From IMG/VR virus record IMGVR_UViG_3300047472_000231, positions 12,640 to 76,639 of that record: a stretch of 64,000 bases of DNA; one strand, given 5' to 3'. Of this stretch, positions 58,149-64,000 are shown in pieces. Position 1 is the stretch's first letter; every line of letters starts with the position of its first letter. The notes beneath the pieces are model-generated. The model ran no database searches. It was given only the letters and a program-made list of their open reading frames with translations, and had not been told where the DNA came from. Both the position numbers and the translations under genes were made by a program. Source of the stretch: a virus.

Positions 58149-58814
58149 GTGAACGAGATAGCCCTCCCGACACACGAGGAAGCACGCGCCCTCACCGACC
58201 GCATCAAGATCGCAGTCGAAGGAACGTGGCAGCTCATCCGTGAGGCCTACACCAGCCGCACCTGGGCGGTCCTCGGCTACGACAGCTGGGACGCGTACTG
58301 CGCCGGCGAGTTCGGGGAGACCCGGCTGAAGCTCCCGCGGGAGGAACGGCAGGAAATCGTCGCCTCGCTGCGGGATAGCGGGCTCAGCATCCGAGCAATC
58401 GCGTCGGCGGCCGGGACCGGTACGCGGCAGGTGCAGGAGGCACTCCGCGGCCACGTGTATTCCGAGACCACACCTCCCCAAGTCTTGGGCACCGACGGCA
58501 AGACGTACACGGTCACCCGTGAGCCGCAGGTCGTGGACGCCGAGCTGGTCGACGAGCCCGCGCCCCGCACCTACAGCGCCCCGCCCACACCCGAGCGTGC
58601 ACCGGACCCTCAGCGCCGCGTCGACGCATCCCGCACGGTCCTCGTCGCCCTCACCGAACTTCGCCAGATGCGCGAGTCCCTGCAAGCCCTCACCGCAGCG
58701 CAACTCGCCCGTCAAGACGAAGAGACGCGCCGCATCTGGGCGGCACGCCTCAACACCGAACTGGAAGCCCTGCATGGCTTCCACGACTCACTCATCAAGG
58801 AGAACAGTAAGTGA
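58149..58814 (+). CDS. HTH-containing phage protein
   Basis: LGYDSWDAYC; GLSIRAIASAAG; GTDGKTY. Confidence 0.65.
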   Translation: MNEIALPTHEEARALTDRIKIAVEGTWQLIREAYTSRTWAVLGYDSWDAYCAGEFGETRLKLPREERQEIVASLRDSGLSIRAIASAAGTGTRQVQEALRGHVYSETTPPQVLGTDGKTYTVTREPQVVDAELVDEPAPRTYSAPPTPERAPDPQRRVDASRTVLVALTELRQMRESLQALTAAQLARQDEETRRIWAARLNTELEALHGFHDSLIKENSK

Positions 58815-59671
58815 CCGACAACTTCGCCACCTTCGACCTCGGCGAGTACAACCTGCCGTCCATCACCATAGAACTGATCGATGTCACCCCGGAGCTTGCC
58901 CAGCAGTGGCTCCTGCGGAACATCAAGAACCGCAACCTGCGCAAGGGCATCGTCGCTCAGTACGGACGCGATATGGCCGCCGGCGAGTGGGCCATCAACG
59001 GGTCGACCGTGGTCTTCGACGACAACGACATCCTCATCGATGGGCAGCACCGGCTTAACGCCATCGCGGGCTGCGACACCCTCGGAGCTTCCTTCCCGAC
59101 CCTCGTCGTCCGCGGCGTCACGGAAAAGGCCAAGCGCACCATCGACGGCGGCGCCAAGCGCAAAATGGCCGACCGCTTGAAGATCGACGACACCCAAGCC
59201 AGCCCGACCATCCTCGCGTCTCTCCTGCGCCGAGCCCACATGTGGGACAGGGGTGTCTACGTCAATGTCGGCGGCAGCTCACCGAGCGCGGCCGAGATGT
59301 ACGCCTACCTGGAGAACAACCCCGGCGTGCTCTGGTCGTCAGAGTTCGCGGGGTCGGTCCGGCGGCGCGTCCTCGCCCCGACTTCCGTGGTGGCCATCGC
59401 CCACTGGGTCACGTCACGGGTCAGCAGCGGCGACGCTAAGTGGTTCTTCGACCAGCTGATTGAACCCACCGAGCTGCCCGCAGGACACGCCATTCACGCC
59501 CTGAACAAGAAGCTCAAGGCGGAGGTGAGTCGTGTCGGCCGGGCCAACGAGACGGAACTGCTCGCCGCCTTCGTCATCGCGTGGAACGCGTACCGCAAGG
59601 GCCGAAGCGTCTCGGCGATTCGGATGCCCAATGGCGGCCTGAAGAACAGCACCTTCCCCCTCCCGAAGTAG
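58811..59671 (+). CDS. ParB/Srx-like (DGQHR) domain protein
   Basis: TPELAQQWL...NRNL...LIDGQHRLNAI. Confidence 0.7.
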   Translation: MTDNFATFDLGEYNLPSITIELIDVTPELAQQWLLRNIKNRNLRKGIVAQYGRDMAAGEWAINGSTVVFDDNDILIDGQHRLNAIAGCDTLGASFPTLVVRGVTEKAKRTIDGGAKRKMADRLKIDDTQASPTILASLLRRAHMWDRGVYVNVGGSSPSAAEMYAYLENNPGVLWSSEFAGSVRRRVLAPTSVVAIAHWVTSRVSSGDAKWFFDQLIEPTELPAGHAIHALNKKLKAEVSRVGRANETELLAAFVIAWNAYRKGRSVSAIRMPNGGLKNSTFPLPK

Positions 59672-59745
59672 CCGTACCGCGGGGCCGGTCACGGCCGGCC
59701 CCGCCCGTCTTCAGCCATCCGTACCGCTCGAAGGAAGACCGCCAC

Positions 59746-60903
59746 ATGCCGCGCATTCGCACTGTGAAGCCCGAGTTTTGGGAGGACGAGCTCCTCGGAG
59801 TCATGCCGCGCGATGCCCGGCTGTTGTTCATCGCGACGTTCAACATGGCGGACGACGAGGGGATCCTGCGCTGGACGCCGGCCTACATCAAGGCGCAGGC
59901 CTTCATGTACGACGACGACCTCACGCTCAAGGACGTCGACCAGCTCATGCGGTGCCTCACTGACACGGGCCTCGTCTTCCCGTTCATCGGCGGCGTGGCC
60001 AAGCAGCAGATGGCGCTGGTCGTCAACTTCCGTAAGCACCAGCGGATCAACCGGCCACAGAAGAGCAAGCTGCCGCCACCTTCGGTGGGGGCCTGGCAGA
60101 CGCGTGAGATGTACGCCCGCCGGGACGGCTGGATGTGCCAGCTGTGCGGCTGCGAGATCCCGCGGCGGATCGTCAGCAACGACGACCACAACCTGGCTGT
60201 CGACCACATCCGACCGGTGGCCGCCGGGGGCACTGATCACCCGTCCAACGTGCGTGCCGCGCACCAGGCGTGCGAGCGGAGCCGTCGCGGCTCACGGGAT
60301 GGGGAGGAGTTCATTCCGCCCCAGAACCTCGCAGGCCTTGAGGATTCACTGAATGATTCAGTGAACCGTTCAGTGAATGACTCAGTGAACGAATCTTACG
60401 CACCGTCCAACTTTGAGGCTGAGACGGGTACGCACGGTGACTTTTCTTCACTGAACCATTCACTGACGGAAGGGAAGGGAAGGGAAGGGAAAGGAAGGGA
60501 AGGGAACACCCCCCTACCCCCCCGTGAGTCGTCCGGTGAACCCGCCGTCGTGCAGACGGAAAGGGCGCTCCCAGACCGGATGACCGACGCCTTCCTCGAG
60601 CGCTTCGCCCGCGGCAACTCCTACAAGCGCCGCCAGGTCCGAACCACCATCGCCGACGCGCTCGCGAACGACACCGACTCCAGCGAGCTGTGGCGCGCCC
60701 TCGAGCGCCTTGGCGAGACCAGCAAGCCGGTCACCGCCAACACCCTCCAGTTCGCCTTCTCCGACATCCGGAAGAACACCCAGCACAGCAACGTCATCGC
60801 CCTCGCCTCTGGCCAGCCGCTCCCGGGCACGGACAGCAACCTCGCCGGCTGGGGCGCCGTCGCCGCATCCCTTGCCACCTACGACTCCGAGGACTCCGCA
60901 TGA
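59746..60903 (+). CDS. Replication initiator (lambda O-like N-terminus) with an inserted HNH domain
   Basis: MPRIRTVKPEFW...ADDEG...KHQRINRP; CQLC...VDHIRPVAAGG...SNVRAAHQAC; internal iterons. Confidence 0.75.
   Translation: MPRIRTVKPEFWEDELLGVMPRDARLLFIATFNMADDEGILRWTPAYIKAQAFMYDDDLTLKDVDQLMRCLTDTGLVFPFIGGVAKQQMALVVNFRKHQRINRPQKSKLPPPSVGAWQTREMYARRDGWMCQLCGCEIPRRIVSNDDHNLAVDHIRPVAAGGTDHPSNVRAAHQACERSRRGSRDGEEFIPPQNLAGLEDSLNDSVNRSVNDSVNESYAPSNFEAETGTHGDFSSLNHSLTEGKGREGKGREGNTPLPPRESSGEPAVVQTERALPDRMTDAFLERFARGNSYKRRQVRTTIADALANDTDSSELWRALERLGETSKPVTANTLQFAFSDIRKNTQHSNVIALASGQPLPGTDSNLAGWGAVAASLATYDSEDSA
60345..60506. repeat. Iteron-like origin: six TTCASTGAA-type repeats plus a purine (GGAAG) tract
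   Basis: Copies at 60345, 60357, 60369, 60381 (12-bp period) and 60447, 60459; AT-rich relative to the window. Confidence 0.7.
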
Positions 60904-61640
60904 ATCCACGCGAGGCTGCCGAACTGCTGGGCCATTGCGCAGCGTTCGACAACCGCAAGCCCAGCCAGGGCGCCGCCATTGCCTGGGCCGCCGCCCTCCA
61001 CGACGTCCCGCTGGACGACGATGCCAAGGCTGCCGTTGCCAGCTACTACACGACCCCGCCGAAGGATCCTGACGGCAAGCTGTGGATCCTGCCGCATCAC
61101 GTCCGCACCCTCCGCACGAAGATCCGCAGTGCCCGTTTGGAGAACTTCCAGTACGAGCCGATCGCCGACGAAACGGTGCCCGAGTACCTGGCCCGCCTTC
61201 GCGGCCAGACGCAGGCGATCGCTTCCGGCCGGGTCGCAGCGCCGACCGGCCGGCTGGCGCTCGAGGGTGGTCCGCACCGGGATGTGGTGCTCGAGCTCGA
61301 GGCGGCCCGCATCGGCGCCCTGCCCGACGAGGAGGTTGAGCTCGTCGACAAGGTTCGCCGGTCGGGTCCGCTCGGCATCGTCTGCCCGAAGCCGGAGTGC
61401 AAGGCGGAGATCGGACGGCCGTGCAAGACGCCGGGCGGCAACAGCAGGCAGCCGCTAGGTAAGCCGCGCCTCAACCCGCACTCGGCCCGCGTCCGAGCAG
61501 CGGCCGGTAATGGCGGGCTCACCGTCGAGCAGGCGACCGCGCAGGAGCAGCGGGTGCGGGCGGCCACCGACCGGCACTTCGCCAACCGGGACGCCGACAT
61601 CCCGGACGCCGTGATCGTCGACGAGGAGGCCGCATCGTGA
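60900..61640 (+). CDS. Helicase loader/inhibitor-like protein with a zinc finger
   Basis: EAAELLGHCAAFDNR...AWAAAL...ILPHHV; CPKPEC...HSAR; follows the initiator. Confidence 0.55.
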   Translation: MNPREAAELLGHCAAFDNRKPSQGAAIAWAAALHDVPLDDDAKAAVASYYTTPPKDPDGKLWILPHHVRTLRTKIRSARLENFQYEPIADETVPEYLARLRGQTQAIASGRVAAPTGRLALEGGPHRDVVLELEAARIGALPDEEVELVDKVRRSGPLGIVCPKPECKAEIGRPCKTPGGNSRQPLGKPRLNPHSARVRAAAGNGGLTVEQATAQEQRVRAATDRHFANRDADIPDAVIVDEEAAS

Positions 61641-62041
61641 CCGCCGACTGGACACCCGAGCCGACCGACATTGCGGCGATCCGCGAAGCCCGCCGCAACG
61701 GCAGCCTCCGCGCTCAACTCCGCCAGCAGATCGGTGAAGGCCGCGCCCGCCTCGAAGCCGTCCCCGTCAAGCGGTGGTCGAACGGCACCCGCCGTGATCT
61801 CAACGGCGTCACCTGCCCGCACTGCGCCGCCGGCCCCGACCAGCGCTGCCACCTCCGCACCCGGGACCAGACGTTGCCGAAGCCGCATCAGCAGCGCCTC
61901 GCCGCCTGGGCGCAGTTGGTCGCCTGCTGCACCACCTGCCAGGCCGCACCCGGGACCCGCTGCCACCTCGACGGCACGCCGCTCCCCGCCCACACCGTCC
62001 ATGCCCGCCGCTACCAGGAAGCCGAGGCCGCCGCCGCATGA
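61637..62041 (+). CDS. Tandem zinc-finger protein
   Basis: CPHCAAGPDQRC...H and CTTCQAAPGTRC...HARR. Confidence 0.6.
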   Translation: MTADWTPEPTDIAAIREARRNGSLRAQLRQQIGEGRARLEAVPVKRWSNGTRRDLNGVTCPHCAAGPDQRCHLRTRDQTLPKPHQQRLAAWAQLVACCTTCQAAPGTRCHLDGTPLPAHTVHARRYQEAEAAAA

Positions 62042-62253
62042 GCCCCTACGACCGCCTGATGGCGGAGGCCCTGCCGACCGGCACCTTCGGCCGAGCCGAA
62101 CCCGCCCGCCCCCGCCAGGCCGAGCGGGGCTCCCTGTGGACGCCCGCCGAGCAGGCCGACCACGTCGCCACCCTCGAAGCCGAGTTGGACCGGCTCGAAG
62201 GCCGCGGCACCGGCAAGCCGAAGCTGCGACTCATCGAAGGAGAAGCCGCGTGA
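62038..62253 (+). CDS. Hypothetical protein
   Basis: Coupled. Confidence 0.5.
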   Translation: MSPYDRLMAEALPTGTFGRAEPARPRQAERGSLWTPAEQADHVATLEAELDRLEGRGTGKPKLRLIEGEAA

Positions 62254-63248
62254 CGAACCTCAGCCTCTGCTCCGGCTACGGCGGACTCGACCTCGCCGTC
62301 GAGCAGATCACTGGCAACAAGACCCTCGTCTATGCCGAGAACGACAAGTTCGCCGCCCAGGTGATGGCCGCCCGCTTCCCGTGGGCCACCAACCTCGGCG
62401 ACATCAGCAAGGTCCGCTGGGTCGAAGTCGCCCAGGACCACCAGATCGACTCACTGTCAGCCGGCTTCCCCTGCCGGAACATCTCCAACGCTGGAACGAG
62501 GGACGGAATCAATGGCCAATGGTCGAAGGTCTGGAAGAACGTCGCTGCGGCTGTGGGCGTCTTTCGACCGCGCATCGTCTTCCTGGAAAACGTTCAGGCG
62601 ATCCTCTCGCGCGGCCTCGACGTCGTCGCCCAAGATCTGGCCGAAATCGGGTATGACGCGCGGTGGACTTGTCTACCAGCTGCAGAAATCGGGTCCCCGC
62701 ACCTCCGCCGGCGCTGGTTCTGCGTCGCGCACCCCGCTGCTTCCGACCCCGAGCGCAGCGGACGGTACCGGTGGCCCGGGGACCTCGCCGAAGCGCAAGG
62801 GCGGACTGAACCTGCGGACCGCGGTGACGAGACTGCCGGGGGACTGAGGCTGCTGCCCACCCCGAAGGCCAGCGACGGCCCCAACGGAGGGCCCAACCAG
62901 CGCGACGGCGCCGGGAACTACTACCTGCCCGGGATAGCCGTCCGTCTCGACTCCCGCTGGGTCTCCGTCGACGGCGTCGACTACGGGCCGGCGATTCGGC
63001 GGTGGGAGAACGTCCTCGGCCGTCACGCCCCGGCGCCCACGGAGCGCACCCGAGGTGACGGGCGGGGTCTCTCGCCGCGGTTCGTCGAGTGGCTGATGGG
63101 CGCCGACGACGGCTGGTTCACCGATCCCGAACTCGGCATCCCGCGCGCCCAGCAAATCAAGATCGGCGGCAACGGGGCCATGACCCGCCAGGCCGTCGAG
63201 GGCTACCGCCGGCTCCTCACCGCCGACCTCGGCGCGATGGCCGCGTGA
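62250..63248 (+). CDS. C5-cytosine DNA methyltransferase
   Basis: SLCSGYGG (I), GFPC (IV), ENV (VI), RRRWF (VIII), LSPRFVEWLMG (IX), GGNG (X). Confidence 0.9.
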   Translation: MTNLSLCSGYGGLDLAVEQITGNKTLVYAENDKFAAQVMAARFPWATNLGDISKVRWVEVAQDHQIDSLSAGFPCRNISNAGTRDGINGQWSKVWKNVAAAVGVFRPRIVFLENVQAILSRGLDVVAQDLAEIGYDARWTCLPAAEIGSPHLRRRWFCVAHPAASDPERSGRYRWPGDLAEAQGRTEPADRGDETAGGLRLLPTPKASDGPNGGPNQRDGAGNYYLPGIAVRLDSRWVSVDGVDYGPAIRRWENVLGRHAPAPTERTRGDGRGLSPRFVEWLMGADDGWFTDPELGIPRAQQIKIGGNGAMTRQAVEGYRRLLTADLGAMAA

Positions 63249-63369
63249 CCTCGCCCGTTGTTTGCCGCCCGACCCTCGGGCCGGGGAAACGGCGCACACC
63301 AGCCCGACCGTCAGGCCCGCCCGCAGTAGGCACAAACCCCAGCGAACCGCCCACCAGACAAGGAACCCC

Positions 63370-63747
63370 ATGACCGACCAGAAGCTCAGTGACCCCCGAG
63401 TCCTGGCGCTCGCCAAGGCGCGCCAGCAGATCACACACGAGAACACCACCCATGCGGTCCCGCAGTGGGACGGCCTCTCGAAGGGCGGGCAGCAGATCAG
63501 GCTCCAGGAAGCCGCAGCCTGGCTGCGTGCCGCAGTCGAGGCCGGGATCGCCCCGCTCGCCGACCGGCCGACGGACAAGCACGAGGCCGTGTACGTCGAC
63601 GACGAGGGATTCCTCTACGGCGAGTACCGCACCGTCCCGCCGTCCGACTCGATCGTCCGCCTGGTGTGGGCCAGCGAGATGGCCGAGTCGAAGGAAGACC
63701 TGGAGCACCACGGCGTCGAGTTCCGGCTCATCGGCTGGAGTCAGTGA
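63370..63747 (+). CDS. Hypothetical protein
   Basis: AAGGA RBS. Confidence 0.55.
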   Translation: MTDQKLSDPRVLALAKARQQITHENTTHAVPQWDGLSKGGQQIRLQEAAAWLRAAVEAGIAPLADRPTDKHEAVYVDDEGFLYGEYRTVPPSDSIVRLVWASEMAESKEDLEHHGVEFRLIGWSQ

Positions 63748-64000
63748 CCACACGCAGCACCGGCCGCCGCCTGCCCTACAGGCGGCGGCCGGCCCGGACA
63801 TCCTCTCGCACGATCAAGGAGCCACACCATGACCGACCCCCGCATCGCTGTCCTATCCGCCCTGTCCTCGCCCGGCTGGCATCCCGTCCCGGAAGCGCAC
63901 GGCATGCCGTGGGATGAGGCCGTGGCGCTGCTCGACGCCTACGACGCATCCCGGGCCGCTGCGCCTGCCGCTGCACCGTCTGCGCCCGCCGACCGGGCCA

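Larger units (their letters stand above)
1..64000. mobile_element. Temperate siphophage/prophage genome segment (Streptomyces-type) with a TraB-like transfer module
   Basis: Terminase-portal-capsid-tail-lysis order, integrase/repressor/excisionase and replication genes fill the window; no host core genes recognised. Confidence 0.95.

Noticed and set aside
105-63976. Many long antisense or alternative-frame ORFs in the track (e.g. 12799-14283, 25388-27214, 39275-40795)
   Set aside because: Shadow ORFs expected in ~70% GC DNA: they overlap well-supported genes and lack RBS or motifs

Overview
The whole 64-kb window is high-GC, Streptomyces-like temperate siphophage DNA, with no recognisable host housekeeping genes. 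Gene order: (1) a TraB/FtsK-like conjugative DNA translocase followed by a symmetric repeat array (174-2338); (2) small accessory genes and a promoter-driven, highly structured ~300-nt non-coding region (5059-5366); (3) packaging, head and tail genes (8155-30222); (4) a reverse-strand cassette with a sugar epimerase and two glycosyltransferases (30311-35424); (5) lysis genes (35616-38642); (6) a dif-like site with a second, Xer-like tyrosine recombinase and a DNA-damage-type regulatory island (38798-43645); (7) an apparently intact attP and integrase (43673-45362); (8) the immunity switch (45387-47197); (9) early, recombination and replication genes ending in a C5 DNA methyltransferase (47458-63747). 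The main candidate for a new system is a complete tailed phage that also carries a Streptomyces plasmid/AICE-type transfer module (TraB plus a clt-like site) and plasmid-like resolution functions. Other candidates are a large unclassified structured RNA, a late-regulated glycosylation cassette and a dual-frame methyltransferase gene. Family assignments come from motifs recognised by eye and from gene order; no database search was run.
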